From contig JBNMHO010000003.1 in assembly GCA_050872785.1 (NCBI GenBank), positions 12,554-76,553 on the forward strand: a stretch of DNA of 64,000 nucleotides, in the 5' to 3' direction. Origin of the DNA: Clostridia bacterium (GTDB lineage Bacteria; Bacillota; Clostridia; Christensenellales; UBA1242). Position 1 is the first letter of the stretch. The number at the start of each line of letters is the position of its first letter. Made by a program: the position numbers and the translations under genes. A model generated the notes under the pieces. It saw only the letters and a list, made by a program, of their open reading frames with translations. It was not told the origin of the DNA and did no database searches. Below are positions 1 through 10,870 of the stretch, piece after piece.

Positions 1-2592
1 GAAAAAATTGAGGGGCTTTCTCCCGCAATTTCAATCGACCAAAAAACAACTTCGCACAACCCTCGTTCCACTGTTGGAACTGTGACGGAAATTTACGACT
101 ATTTGCGATTGCTTTTTTCAAGACTAGGCACGCCATATTGTCCACATTGCAAAAAGCCAATAACCACAACCACTGTCGACAACATTGTTGACAATGTTAT
201 GGAACACGAAGAAGGCAGCAAAGTGGTTGTTGTGGCACCCATTGTCAGAAGCGAAAAGGGAACATTTGCCAAACTTTTTGAGGAACTAAGAAAAGACGGC
301 TTTGCTCGTGTGGAAGTTGACGGCGAAATTCGTGACTTAAGTGAAGAAATTGAGCTTGAAAAGAATGTAAAACACGAAATTAGTGTTGTTGTGGACAGGC
401 TTAAAGTTAGGGAAGAAAACAGAAGCCGACTTTCGCAAAGTGTGGAAGTGGCACTCAAAAAGTCTTCTGGACTTGTCGCCATTGAAATCAATGATGAAAA
501 ATTGCTCTTCAACAACTCCTACTCTTGTGCTGATTGCGGCTTCTCTTTTGAAGAGATTTCACCACGACTATTCAGTTTTAACAGTCCATTTGGGGCGTGC
601 GAAAAATGTGGCGGACTGGGCTTTGTTTCTGATATTGACGAAAAATTGCTTATTAAAGACCCAAACAAAACACTTCGGGAAGGCGGAATGAGAATTGCAA
701 GTTGGGCAATGGAAATTTCTTCAATTAGCGAAATGTATTTGAATGCTTTGTCGAAGAAATATAATTTTAGTCTTGATGTGCCAATAAAGTCGCTTCCAAA
801 AAGAGTTATGGACATATTGCTTTATGGAAATAACGGCGAAGAACTAGATCTGTCATATGTGAATTCAAAATTTTCGGGCAGTTATAAGGGCAGTTGGGAA
901 GGGGTTGTTCCAATGATTAGACGCCGTTTTGCCGAAAGTAAAAGTGAATATGCAAAACAAGAATATAGCAAACTCATGCGTGATTCACTTTGCAGCGAGT
1001 GTGGCGGCAAAAGGCTGAATGAAAAGGCACTTTCGGTGTATATTGGGCGAAAAAATATAAGCGATTTGACTGAAATGAGTGCAATGGAACTTAGAGATTT
1101 TTGCATGAATCTTAAAATAAAACCACAAGACGAAGCGGTTGCAAAGCCAATTTTGAAAGAAATTATTGCAAGATTATCATTCCTATGTGATGTTGGACTT
1201 GACTATTTGACCCTTGCCAGAATGGCAAAAACCTTAAGCGGTGGCGAAGCACAGCGAATAAGACTTGCAACTCAAATTGGCAGTGGACTTGTGGGCGTTT
1301 TATATATTTTTGACGAACCAAGCATTGGACTTCACCAATATGACAACGAAAAATTACTCAATTCTTTGAAAAAACTTCGTGACCTAGGTAACACTCTCAT
1401 TGTTGTTGAACATGATGAAGATACAATAAGAAGTGCGGACTATGTTGTTGACCTTGGTCCAAAAGCTGGGGAATTTGGGGGTAAAATTGTGGCTTGTGGC
1501 ACGCCAAAGGATATTATGAAGTGCAAAGAGTCACTGACTGGAAAGTATCTTATGGGCGAACTTAAGATTGAAATCCCAGAGAAAAGACGTAAACCACAAG
1601 GATATTTGACCATATCTGGTGTAAGGCAAAACAACCTCAAAAACATAAAAGTTGACATTCCATTAGGTGTCCTAACAGTTGTCACTGGGCTTAGTGGAAG
1701 CGGAAAGTCCAGTCTTGTAAATGAGGTCTTGTTTCCAGCAGTTTCCAATCAAGTTATGCATTCCAGTTTGCAAGAAGGGAAATATAGAAGCATAAAAGGT
1801 GTTGAGCAGATTGACAAAGTTATCAACATTGACCAATCACCAATCGGCAGAACGCCACGAAGCAACCCCGCAACATACATTGGACTATTCACTCTTATTC
1901 GTGACCTTTTTGCCTCCACTCCAGACGCTCAAGAACGTGGATATACAAGCGGCAGATTTAGTTTTAATGTGAAAGGCGGTAGGTGTGAAAATTGTGAAGG
2001 TGACGGCGAGAAAAAAGTTGAAATGTATTTTTTGCCAGATGTTTATGTGCCTTGCCCATATTGCCGTGGCAAAAGATATAATAGGGAAACATTGCAAGTG
2101 AAATATAAGGGCAAGAGTATAAGTGACGTGCTTGAAATGAGTGTTGAAGAAGCCTTGAAATTCTTTGAAAATTTGCCTTCAATAAGAAACAAAGTTCAGA
2201 GTCTTTATGATGTTGGCTTGGGATACATTAAACTCGGGCAAAGTGCCACAACTCTTAGTGGCGGCGAAGCACAAAGGGTTAAACTTGCCAGCGAACTTTG
2301 CAAGCGGGATACTGGCAAAACGCTTTATATTCTTGACGAACCTACAACGGGTCTTCACAGTTATGACATCAACAACCTTGTGAATATCCTTCAAAAACTT
2401 GTTGACAAAAATAATTCGGTTGTTGTTATTGAACACAATCTTGATGTTATAAAAATTGCCGACTACATCATTGACCTTGGTCCAAATGGGGGAGATAGGG
2501 GTGGAGAAGTGGTCGCACACGGAACGCCAGAGCATATTGCAAAAGTTCCAGAGAGCAAAACGGGACTTTTCCTTAAAAAACTTTTGAAATAA
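1..2592 (+). CDS. uvrA: Excinuclease ABC subunit A (5'-truncated by window edge)
   Basis: Open frame from base 1 (EKIEGLSPAISIDQKTTSHNPRSTVGT); CxxC zinc fingers, two LSGGEAQR ABC signatures, Walker A GLSGSGKSS. Confidence 0.98.
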   Translation, partial: EKIEGLSPAISIDQKTTSHNPRSTVGTVTEIYDYLRLLFSRLGTPYCPHCKKPITTTTVDNIVDNVMEHEEGSKVVVVAPIVRSEKGTFAKLFEELRKDGFARVEVDGEIRDLSEEIELEKNVKHEISVVVDRLKVREENRSRLSQSVEVALKKSSGLVAIEINDEKLLFNNSYSCADCGFSFEEISPRLFSFNSPFGACEKCGGLGFVSDIDEKLLIKDPNKTLREGGMRIASWAMEISSISEMYLNALSKKYNFSLDVPIKSLPKRVMDILLYGNNGEELDLSYVNSKFSGSYKGSWEGVVPMIRRRFAESKSEYAKQEYSKLMRDSLCSECGGKRLNEKALSVYIGRKNISDLTEMSAMELRDFCMNLKIKPQDEAVAKPILKEIIARLSFLCDVGLDYLTLARMAKTLSGGEAQRIRLATQIGSGLVGVLYIFDEPSIGLHQYDNEKLLNSLKKLRDLGNTLIVVEHDEDTIRSADYVVDLGPKAGEFGGKIVACGTPKDIMKCKESLTGKYLMGELKIEIPEKRRKPQGYLTISGVRQNNLKNIKVDIPLGVLTVVTGLSGSGKSSLVNEVLFPAVSNQVMHSSLQEGKYRSIKGVEQIDKVINIDQSPIGRTPRSNPATYIGLFTLIRDLFASTPDAQERGYTSGRFSFNVKGGRCENCEGDGEKKVEMYFLPDVYVPCPYCRGKRYNRETLQVKYKGKSISDVLEMSVEEALKFFENLPSIRNKVQSLYDVGLGYIKLGQSATTLSGGEAQRVKLASELCKRDTGKTLYILDEPTTGLHSYDINNLVNILQKLVDKNNSVVVIEHNLDVIKIADYIIDLGPNGGDRGGEVVAHGTPEHIAKVPESKTGLFLKKLLK

Positions 2593-2680
2593 CTTTAGCC
2601 TATTGTTTTTGTGCATTTAACGTTCAAAGTGATTTTTACTCAATAATTTCAGCGTATTTGAATAATAATTTAATGTAAAA

Positions 2681-2717
2681 AAATAAAATCTCAACATTTT
2701 TTGCTGGGATTTTATTT
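2681..2717 (+). terminator. Putative intrinsic terminator after uvrA
   Basis: Imperfect inverted repeat aaataaaatctcaaca / tgctgggattttattt. Confidence 0.5.
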
Positions 2718-2769
2718 ATAAATATAGTTAAAGAATTGCAAAAAAAGAAAAAATGAGTTACAATAAATT

Positions 2770-3240
2770 GTGGAAAATTTTTATGAGATACTACGAATAA
2801 AGCCAAATGCAACGCCAGAGGAAATTAAACGGGCGTTTATTTCGCTTGCGTCAATGTATCACCCAGACCGCTATGTTGGCGACAAAAAGTTTGCAGAAAG
2901 TTACATGGCAAGTATCTCTGAAGCCTATTGCACATTGCGTGACCCCGTCAAAAGAATGGATTATGACATTATCCACAACATAAACAAAACTCCAAGCAAA
3001 TTTGAGCGTAAGCACTCAAAACCGCTGAAAGAGAAGCCAAAAACAGAAAGTTATGCTAAAAAGACTAATGAGAAAATTTACGTCAGACCAATTTCCTCAA
3101 AATATTTCAGAAACTCAAAACGCAAGAAATCAAATCTCTTTGCAAAAATTTTTAAGTCAAAACTTTTCTATTCGATTATGTTTGTGCTTTTGCTTGAAAT
3201 TGTTATTTTGTTTTTAATTTTTGGCGGCGTTTTTGACTAA
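2770..3240 (+). CDS. J-domain (DnaJ-like) protein with C-terminal TM anchor
   Basis: NFYEIL...EIKRAF...YHPDR...EAYCTLRDPVKRMDYD J-domain; hydrophobic C-terminus. Confidence 0.85.
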   Translation: MENFYEILRIKPNATPEEIKRAFISLASMYHPDRYVGDKKFAESYMASISEAYCTLRDPVKRMDYDIIHNINKTPSKFERKHSKPLKEKPKTESYAKKTNEKIYVRPISSKYFRNSKRKKSNLFAKIFKSKLFYSIMFVLLLEIVILFLIFGGVFD

Positions 3241-3244
3241 TTAT

Positions 3245-3637
3245 TTAGAACAAGTTGTTTATATTAAAGCCCATGAAGTAGTGAAGCGACTCGGCTGAGG
3301 CTTTTATGATTGACAAGTTTTCAAGGGCAAGCGACTTGTCGTTGTCATCAAGGGCTTCTTCAAGTTTTATAAAACTTTCGTCAATAGTCCTTATTTTGTC
3401 ATAGTTGGTGAAATAGGTGATATATTTTTTTTGGTTGTCCCAATAGGCTTTTGTTTCGTCAAACTTGCTTACAACTTGTTTGGCATTTAATTCCTCTTTA
3501 TTTTGGGTAAAAAGCACTGTTAATTCGTTTGAGTATCCTTGCAAAGTGGTGTAGGTGGACTTCAAAAGTAGTTCTTCCAATATGCACACGCCAACAAGAA
3601 TTGCAATAAGAATTAAAACGTAAACATTTCTTTTCAT
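3245..3637 (-). CDS. DUF4363-family protein
   Basis: N-terminal TM then helical domain; ATGA overlap with upstream DUF421 gene, the usual pairing. Confidence 0.7.
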   Translation of the reverse strand: MKRNVYVLILIAILVGVCILEELLLKSTYTTLQGYSNELTVLFTQNKEELNAKQVVSKFDETKAYWDNQKKYITYFTNYDKIRTIDESFIKLEEALDDNDKSLALENLSIIKASAESLHYFMGFNINNLF

Positions 3638-4347
3638 TCTTTCACCTCGCACATAAAAGTTTTGCAAGGTTTATTTTTTTCTTGATAATAAACATTTCCG
3701 TTGCTGTTTATTGTCAAAACTAAAATATCATTCACACTCTTAGTTTTTTGAGATTTCATAAGTTTTTGGAGAAAATTCTGTGATAGTTTAAGTTCACTCA
3801 AATTTTCTTTCATAACTTTGCCGTCATTCACTAAAACATAGTTCAATGCACTTTGTTCTGGGGTGAGTTTTAGTTGCTCACTTGTTGCTGGACTGGCTGT
3901 AGATTTCAAAAGCACGCTAATATTTCCGTTTGTTTCTACAATGGCAAATGCCACGTCGGCTAGGTCAAAGCACTCACACCCTCTAAGTCCTTCAGTCAAA
4001 TCGTTTAACGTCATGTTCAGTTGCTTTAGGGCAGGGTAGTTTATGCCATCGCCGTCAATAACGATAATCGGCTTGCCGTTTAGAAGTTTTCTGAAAAAAA
4101 TACTTTTTCTGTTTAGAAGTGTAAACCCGTGGTGCAACACAACAAGTGTCAAAAGTGGAACTATGCCAAAAACAAGTGGGATGGAAACATCACTCATGGG
4201 AATGCATGCCAAGTCGGCAATTATAAGTGTCACTACAAGCTCAAATGGCTGCATATCGCCAATTTGCCTTTTGCCCATAATTCTGACAGCAAAAAGAACA
4301 ATCAAATAGATTATTAAAGACCTTAAAATTAACGTTATCATATGCAC
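3634..4347 (-). CDS. DUF421 / YetF-family membrane protein
   Basis: RIMGKRQIGDMQPFELVV and AIVETNGNISV motifs. Confidence 0.9.
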   Translation of the reverse strand: MHMITLILRSLIIYLIVLFAVRIMGKRQIGDMQPFELVVTLIIADLACIPMSDVSIPLVFGIVPLLTLVVLHHGFTLLNRKSIFFRKLLNGKPIIVIDGDGINYPALKQLNMTLNDLTEGLRGCECFDLADVAFAIVETNGNISVLLKSTASPATSEQLKLTPEQSALNYVLVNDGKVMKENLSELKLSQNFLQKLMKSQKTKSVNDILVLTINSNGNVYYQEKNKPCKTFMCEVKE

Positions 4348-4370
4348 AAATATTTACAATTTTGCAAGTT

Positions 4371-5903
4371 TTATGCGTCTTTTTTGGCTTGTTTGACTGA
4401 ATTCTTTTTGATTGTAATTTTTTTGAAGTCTGCAAAGGAAAATTTGAATAGATTGAAAAGCAGTCCAAAAATGAGATAGAAAATTGTTGCAATTATGCAT
4501 GACATAGCAAGTGACACGAACATTGGAAAGATATTTTTGCAAAGGTTATAGACCCAGCGGGACATCATGACGCTTGCAAGGGAAGATAGAATTGTTAGAA
4601 GCAAATATTTGAGATTGAAAAAGTTGTCGCCCAAAAATTTGTTAAGCATAAGAATGTTAAGAACACTCGCCCCACCAAGGCACAAAGCCATGCCCCAAAC
4701 AAGTGACAAAACCCCAAGTTTTGTTGTAAGAAAGACTATACACAACACAAGCGCCACAGTACCCACAAGATAATTTACAAAACTTTTGACTTCAAGATTA
4801 AGTGCATTTAGGCACGAAACAGTCACACCGCTGAGGCAAATGGGAAGAACTAAAAAACTTGAATAACTTAAGAAATAGCCTGAGTCGGCGTTGTTGTAAA
4901 AAAACATTCCAATAGGCCCGCCAAGTGAGAAAAAGAGCGGGATAAATATAAAAGAAATGAAGATTGCGAACTTTATTGAAAAGTGAATTTTTGACTTAAT
5001 TTCGTCATAATTTTGTGTAAAAACTGCGGAAGACAAGTCTGGAATAAGTGTTGTGGACAATGCCCCAATAACAGTCGATGGCACATATAAAAGAGGAAAA
5101 GTCATGCCCATTGCAACGCCAAAAATTGCAAGTGCTTGGTCGCTTGAGTAGCCAACGCTTACAAGTTTAAGTGGAATGATAACAGAAATAAGTGGCGTAA
5201 GTAGGCTGGACACAACTCGAACTATGGTTATTGGAAGTGACGATTTCATAATGGGTTTTACAAGTCCTTTGGGACTGGCGAACCCGCCGCCACGTTTAAG
5301 ATATAACAGCAAAACAAGCACGCTCGAAGCAACGCAAGAAATTGTGTAAGAAATGCCTGCTAGAAAGACTTTTTCAAGCGAGAAGCTGAGAACTGCAAGG
5401 AACAAAACTGTTAAAACAATGCGAACAATTTGCTCAATGAATTCTGTTAGTGACACCCAGAAATATTGTTTTTTGCCCCACAAACTGCCACGTAAAATGG
5501 AATATACTGTGGAAAAAACAAGCGAAGGTAAGAGAATTAAAAGAATGACTGTGCAGCGGGTGTCGGTGAATATTGTTGAAAGCAGATTTCTGAAAACGAA
5601 CACAATTCCGCAAAGTGCAAGAGCCGTGCAAGTCCCAATTAAAAGTGCTGCAGTAACAGTTTTAAAACTGCCTTTTTTATCATTTTTTGTTTCATATTCC
5701 GATGTTTTTTTGCTGACGACAAGGGGAAGTCCGCTTGAAATAAATGTTTCAAGAACCATAAAAACGGAAAAGGCTATTTGATAAATTCCTAAGCCTTCCG
5801 CTCCCACCATGCGGGAAAGGAATATCCTAAAAAAGAACCCCAGCGCCCGTGTCAGCACTGAAAATGATGTGATAACTGCTAATGCTTTAAAAAGTTTTTT
5901 CAA
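4371..5903 (-). CDS. spoVB: SpoVB/MurJ-like MOP-family flippase
   Basis: LGFFFRIFLSRMVGAEGLGIYQ...SGLP N-terminal motif, ~14 TM segments. Confidence 0.8.
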   Translation of the reverse strand: MKKLFKALAVITSFSVLTRALGFFFRIFLSRMVGAEGLGIYQIAFSVFMVLETFISSGLPLVVSKKTSEYETKNDKKGSFKTVTAALLIGTCTALALCGIVFVFRNLLSTIFTDTRCTVILLILLPSLVFSTVYSILRGSLWGKKQYFWVSLTEFIEQIVRIVLTVLFLAVLSFSLEKVFLAGISYTISCVASSVLVLLLYLKRGGGFASPKGLVKPIMKSSLPITIVRVVSSLLTPLISVIIPLKLVSVGYSSDQALAIFGVAMGMTFPLLYVPSTVIGALSTTLIPDLSSAVFTQNYDEIKSKIHFSIKFAIFISFIFIPLFFSLGGPIGMFFYNNADSGYFLSYSSFLVLPICLSGVTVSCLNALNLEVKSFVNYLVGTVALVLCIVFLTTKLGVLSLVWGMALCLGGASVLNILMLNKFLGDNFFNLKYLLLTILSSLASVMMSRWVYNLCKNIFPMFVSLAMSCIIATIFYLIFGLLFNLFKFSFADFKKITIKKNSVKQAKKDA

Positions 5904-5979
5904 AATTTTCTCCTATTGAATATATATATGTAAATATATTTACGATTTAGATGTTGTTAGAATGAAAAAAGGAGAAAAA

Positions 5980-6261
5980 ATGAGCGAAGTTAAAAAAGTT
6001 GACATTTTGCCGTTTGAAGTGGTGAAAACTGTGGGAAATACGAAGGCTGAAATTTCAAAAGACTTTTGTGTTCCGCAATCGGCGATTTTGGGGGAAGATG
6101 ACGGGTTTGTCATTGTTGATAGGAAAACAAACAGAGTTCATACAGTGCTTCCTGGCGAAACATTAAGTTCGATTGCGCAAAAATTTGGCACAACTGTGCA
6201 AGAAATTAAAGAAAAAAATAACATTTTATTCATTTTTGTTGGACAACAGTTGTTCATATAG
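5980..6261 (+). CDS. LysM-domain protein
   Basis: HTVLPGETLSSIAQKFGTTVQEIKEKNN...VGQQL; ATG after GGAG. Confidence 0.85.
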   Translation: MSEVKKVDILPFEVVKTVGNTKAEISKDFCVPQSAILGEDDGFVIVDRKTNRVHTVLPGETLSSIAQKFGTTVQEIKEKNNILFIFVGQQLFI

Positions 6262-6291
6262 TTGCAAAGTCCGCCCGAAAAATGTTATAAT
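6262..6291 (+). promoter_or_regulatory. sigmaA-type promoter
   Basis: TTGCAA-18-TATAAT with extended TG, upstream of ATG 6313. Confidence 0.5.
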
Positions 6292-6312
6292 AACATCAAG
6301 GTTAGGTTTCAG

Positions 6313-7434
6313 ATGATAACAATAAAAGAAGTTAAATCAAAAAGTGATATAAAAAAGTTTGTAAATTATCCACACAAACTTTATAAAGGCAACAAAAATT
6401 TTGTGCCATTTTTAAACATAGATGAAGTAAATAAATTTGACCCAGACAAAAATGAGTCCTATCATGATTGCGTGGTCAAATGTTTTTTGGCATACAAGGA
6501 CGGTGAGATTGTTGGCAGAATTGCTGGCATTATCCAAAAATTATATAACGAAAAAGTTAATGAAAAACGTGCAAGATTTTCTCGTTTTGACTGCATAAAT
6601 GACGGGGAAGTGGCAAAGGCTTTGTTTGATGCAGTGGAAAGTTGGGCAAAGTCCGAGGGCATGACCACAGTTCATGGTCCAATGGGTTACAACGACCTTG
6701 ACAGAGAGGGATTGCTTATTGAAGGCTTTGACCAAATGTCAACTTTTGAGGAACAATACAACTTTGACTACTATGGCAAACTTATTGAAGACAATGGCTT
6801 TAAGAAAGAGGTTGACTGGGTGGAATATAGAATTTTTGCACCAAAAGAACCAAATGAAAGAGTGGATAGAATTGCAGAAGCAGTAGCAAAGAGATATAAG
6901 CTCAATCTTATTACTCCTCCAAGCATAAAGTGGTTCGTGGACAACTACAAAGACCAATTCTTTGATGTGTTGGACGCGGCATATTCGCCACTTTATGGTG
7001 TTGTGCCATTTTCAGACAAAATGAAAGATTCTCTTATTTCCCAATTTGGACTTATCTTGAACAAAGATTTCTTGGTCGGGATAACAAATGAAGAAGGGAA
7101 ACTTGTTGCATTCGGGCTTGTGTTTCCATCACTTTCAGAATCTGTAAACAAGAGCAAAGGGAAGATTTTGCCATTTGGAATTTTTAGAATGTTGAAGCAA
7201 ATTAAAAAGCCAAAGAGCATTGACCTAGGGCTTATTGCAATTAGACCAGAGTATCAAAACAAAGGCGTCAACGCTATGATTGTGTCATATCTTATTCATG
7301 GAATGATTGAAAAGAATATCGAATATGCCGAAACAAACCTTATGCTTGAAGACAACACAAGAATTCAAGGACAATGGAGCGTATTTGACTACATTCAACA
7401 CAAAAGACGCAGAAGTTATGTTAAAAATATTTAA
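6313..7434 (+). CDS. Tandem GNAT-fold N-acetyltransferase (YghO-like)
   Basis: VGRIAG, GPMG...GLLIEGF, RPEYQNKGV motifs. Confidence 0.8.
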   Translation: MITIKEVKSKSDIKKFVNYPHKLYKGNKNFVPFLNIDEVNKFDPDKNESYHDCVVKCFLAYKDGEIVGRIAGIIQKLYNEKVNEKRARFSRFDCINDGEVAKALFDAVESWAKSEGMTTVHGPMGYNDLDREGLLIEGFDQMSTFEEQYNFDYYGKLIEDNGFKKEVDWVEYRIFAPKEPNERVDRIAEAVAKRYKLNLITPPSIKWFVDNYKDQFFDVLDAAYSPLYGVVPFSDKMKDSLISQFGLILNKDFLVGITNEEGKLVAFGLVFPSLSESVNKSKGKILPFGIFRMLKQIKKPKSIDLGLIAIRPEYQNKGVNAMIVSYLIHGMIEKNIEYAETNLMLEDNTRIQGQWSVFDYIQHKRRRSYVKNI

Positions 7435-7435
7435 T

Positions 7436-7467
7436 AAAAAAATCTCACAGTTTTGTGAGATTTTTTT
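7436..7467. terminator. Bidirectional intrinsic terminator
   Basis: aaaaaaatctcaca-gttt-tgtgagattttttt between convergent genes. Confidence 0.85.
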
Positions 7468-7477
7468 GTATCAGATT

Positions 7478-10400
7478 TTATCTTTTCTTTTTGCCTTGTG
7501 GCTTATCTTCAGTTTTTGTTTCTTTAGGATTTTTCAAAGCGTTAAATTCTTTTTCAACTTGTTTTTTCTTGCTTTTGATTTCTGACCTTTCGCTTGATTT
7601 AATGTTTTGATTGCTTTGAAGATAAGTTACTGCAGATTGCAAATATTCCATTCTATCTTTAACTTTGTTAAGTTTCTTGGCATATTCGCTATAAAGTTTT
7701 CCGTCAACTGCTTCATCACCTGTAGATTTTGAATCATACTCAGCTTTTATGCTGTCATATTCTTCTTGAAGGGAAGCAAGTTGAGCGTTAAGACCTTCAA
7801 GGCTGTTTTCTCTTTTAGATTTAAGTTCTGCTTTAATTTGTTTTTCGTTGATTGCTTTTGGAGATTTCTTGTATTCTGCTTTTTTAGTCTTCTCATGTTT
7901 TTGTTTTTTAGGAACACGTCTTAAAAGATATCCTGCGATTGCAAAGCCAAGTGCTACAACAAGAAGAAGGGAAGAAGCAATAATCCAAATGTTAACATCT
8001 GAGGAATGTGAGTGTTCTGTTGTTGTGTCGTCTGTTGTTGTGTCGTCTGTTTTTTCAACAACTTTGGAAACAATTGTGTAATCGTCAGAAGTTTTGCCAA
8101 CATATTCGCTTGAGTTCACGTCTGTAACAGTGTAACTGTCAATATACATCTTTCCAGTTGCTGGTTCGTCAGAAGTTCCAAGAGAGAATAGGAGTTTTAC
8201 ATTTTGGTCGGCTTCTGCAAGGATATAAATTGTGTAGAGTTTGTAGCCATTTTCTTCGTCATCTTCTTCTACTTCTGGGGTAACAATTTTCTTAAAGACA
8301 TTTGTGTTTTCTTCGTCAACGACAATGTTTCCGTCAGAGTCAAGTGTAACAACTTCCATTCTGCCAGCGCCGTCTGATGAAAGTTCATCAGTTCTTATCC
8401 ATGCACAGAATTTGTAATAACTTCCTTTTTTGAGGGAATAGGTGTAACTTGTTGCAAGGGTCTGATAACTGTTTTCAAATGTGTTATGAAGCGTAAGGAC
8501 TGATGTTGATGACTTTCTTGTTGGAAGGTCTGGGTCGTCAAGTTTGTTGTAAATTTTTGCTGAACATTCATTTTTGTTTGAAATTTCTGTTATGTCAAAG
8601 CCAAGTGCGTCTTGTGACCTTTTGTTTCCGTCCATTCTTGCTGTATCAAACTTGTTTTCATAAAGGTTGACTGAAAGGCTTGTTGAATTTGCAATAACTT
8701 TTTCAGAAGCAAGATAGCCTGCACAATCGAAGAATACACTTTGTGTTTCGCTTGAACTTCCATGAACGCCAACGACCATTTTTACATCTGTTGATGAAAT
8801 GCCATTTGTAAGATAGAAGTAAAGTTGTTTCCAATCGCCATTTGTGTTGATATTGTCGAAGATTGCAATAGTTTTGTTGTTGCTATCCACAAATTTCACA
8901 TATGCTTTTGCGTTTTTATAAGTGCTTACGCCCACAAAGAAGGTGACCTTGCTTTGGCTTGAGTTGCTGTTTGAAGAAACTGTAACTGCACTGCTTGTGT
9001 AGGAAACATCTTCTGCAGTTGAACTTCTGACCATAAGCACATTTTCTGTATCTTCTGCATAGTCGCCTTTGTTAAGATTGTAGAAATCTTTGTAGAAAGC
9101 ATAGTTTGCGCCTGGGTTTGTTATTGTGCTGTATATATCTTGTGGATTTCTTGACCCGTCAGCAAGGAAGTGTCCAATTCTAACAATTCCGCTTGAAAGT
9201 GTTTCGGATGTTGATTTTGAAACTGTCCAACTTGTTGGAACAAGTGGATAATTCATAACCATTGAGCCGTCTGTGCCGATTGTGTAACTGTTTGAAAGGG
9301 AATCAATAGTTGCAAAGTTGAATTGACCATTCTTGATGTTTGAAGTGTCTGTCATGCTGGACAAATCTAATGTGTTTGATGAAGAAGTCTTTGAAGACAA
9401 TTCACTTGAAGTAACAGCCTCAAGAACAATGTTATCTACAACAGCCCAGCCTTTTTCTGTTCCAAGTGACAACTTAAGAGAAACTTTTTCGTCACTTTCA
9501 CTGCTGCCTTTGATGTAGAAACTTACAACAGAGAAGCCGTTTCTTGCGTCTGTGCTTGAAGAACCTTTAAGGGTAGATTGTGAAACTGCTTTTGATGATA
9601 ATTTTTCGTTTGTTGGGGTGAGGGTTGCTGTAAGTCCAGATGTTTCACCGCCAGTTTTCAAAACGAATGACAATCTGTAAAGCCCGTGTTGACAAATTGT
9701 AAGAGTGTTGTCTTTAGCATTGTCTTTGTCGTCTGTAACTGATGAAATTGTTTTTGCCTCTGCAACAGCAGCGCTATTTACAAAGAACAGAGATTTGCTT
9801 GTTGATGTGTTTCCGTCAAAGACGTCTGCATTGTTGCCAGTTGTTTCAAAAATTGAATTTATTTGTGAGTTGATATAATCTTTTGTGTTTACATAAATGT
9901 CACTTGCACCATTGCCGCCTTCAACAGTCCAAAAGTCAAGGTCTTGTTCAAAGTCGGAATTCTTAAAAGAGGTGAGGGTAGTTCTTTGGAAACTCTTTTT
10001 TGCACTTGTGCCAGCGTTTGCTGCGTCAAGATAATCTGCTTCCGCCACTTCCGAAACTACAATGTGGTCATAGAACACAGCACCAGCATCATTGCCTTTT
10101 TTAAATTTTAATTGCAAAGTGAAATTTTTTGCTTCAAATGAGTCTGTTTGAACATAAAGAGTATATTTGCTCCATTCGCTCGTTGTGACATTGAGTGACA
10201 TATCAAGTTCTGGAGAATAAATTGTGCCAGAGCCGTTGCCTTGTGTCATTGCATACACGCTTATTTCATAAAACTTGTCCGCTTCAAGAGTTGCAGAGTC
10301 GCTTGTAACATATCCACTTGTTTGCCCAGTTGCATTGCTTGCACCACGGAACATAAGGATATAGTTATCTGGGTCAGAAATGTTAGTTGATGGCTTTGGC

Positions 10401-10696
10401 TTGTTTGTCAGCCCATAACTATTTGAACTGCTGGTGTCAATGACGCCGCATGAAACATCTTCTGGCACAGAAACTGTCCAGTTGTTGCCGTCAACAGAAG
10501 CAGGGAAGTTCTCGCCCCTATCCGTTTTGGTCTTAAAATCTCCATTTTTAATAATGTCGGTTTTTACAGATTGATAGTATGCTGCTTGCACGCTTGGATG
10601 AGAGTATCTGAGCATTGGCACGCCAGACAGCACACATGTTGCAGAAAGCGCAAGTGCTACAAGTGCTTTTTTAGTTTTTCCGAGATTGTGTTTCAT
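7478..10696 (-). CDS. Large secreted single-pass membrane protein with repeated CBM-like beta-sandwich domains and cytoplasmic coiled coil
   Basis: Signal peptide (MKHNLGK...VQA), repeated IKNGDF/FKNSDFE/IKNGQFN...W starts, TM NIWIIASSLLLVVALGFAIAGYLL, K/E-rich tail; ATG 10696 follows AGAAGG. Confidence 0.7.
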   Translation of the reverse strand: MKHNLGKTKKALVALALSATCVLSGVPMLRYSHPSVQAAYYQSVKTDIIKNGDFKTKTDRGENFPASVDGNNWTVSVPEDVSCGVIDTSSSNSYGLTNKPKPSTNISDPDNYILMFRGASNATGQTSGYVTSDSATLEADKFYEISVYAMTQGNGSGTIYSPELDMSLNVTTSEWSKYTLYVQTDSFEAKNFTLQLKFKKGNDAGAVFYDHIVVSEVAEADYLDAANAGTSAKKSFQRTTLTSFKNSDFEQDLDFWTVEGGNGASDIYVNTKDYINSQINSIFETTGNNADVFDGNTSTSKSLFFVNSAAVAEAKTISSVTDDKDNAKDNTLTICQHGLYRLSFVLKTGGETSGLTATLTPTNEKLSSKAVSQSTLKGSSSTDARNGFSVVSFYIKGSSESDEKVSLKLSLGTEKGWAVVDNIVLEAVTSSELSSKTSSSNTLDLSSMTDTSNIKNGQFNFATIDSLSNSYTIGTDGSMVMNYPLVPTSWTVSKSTSETLSSGIVRIGHFLADGSRNPQDIYSTITNPGANYAFYKDFYNLNKGDYAEDTENVLMVRSSTAEDVSYTSSAVTVSSNSNSSQSKVTFFVGVSTYKNAKAYVKFVDSNNKTIAIFDNINTNGDWKQLYFYLTNGISSTDVKMVVGVHGSSSETQSVFFDCAGYLASEKVIANSTSLSVNLYENKFDTARMDGNKRSQDALGFDITEISNKNECSAKIYNKLDDPDLPTRKSSTSVLTLHNTFENSYQTLATSYTYSLKKGSYYKFCAWIRTDELSSDGAGRMEVVTLDSDGNIVVDEENTNVFKKIVTPEVEEDDEENGYKLYTIYILAEADQNVKLLFSLGTSDEPATGKMYIDSYTVTDVNSSEYVGKTSDDYTIVSKVVEKTDDTTTDDTTTEHSHSSDVNIWIIASSLLLVVALGFAIAGYLLRRVPKKQKHEKTKKAEYKKSPKAINEKQIKAELKSKRENSLEGLNAQLASLQEEYDSIKAEYDSKSTGDEAVDGKLYSEYAKKLNKVKDRMEYLQSAVTYLQSNQNIKSSERSEIKSKKKQVEKEFNALKNPKETKTEDKPQGKKKR

Positions 10697-10870
10697 AAAT
10701 GACCTTCTTATACAATATTGTCGAACCAAAATAGGCTCTTTTTTTGTTTTTTGAGTTGATTTGAAACTCATAACTCTTGCATTATATAATAACTGGGCAA
10801 AAAATGCAATCAATTTTTGTTATTTATTACTATATAAAATATTTTTCTAGTAAATTAACATAATAGAATT

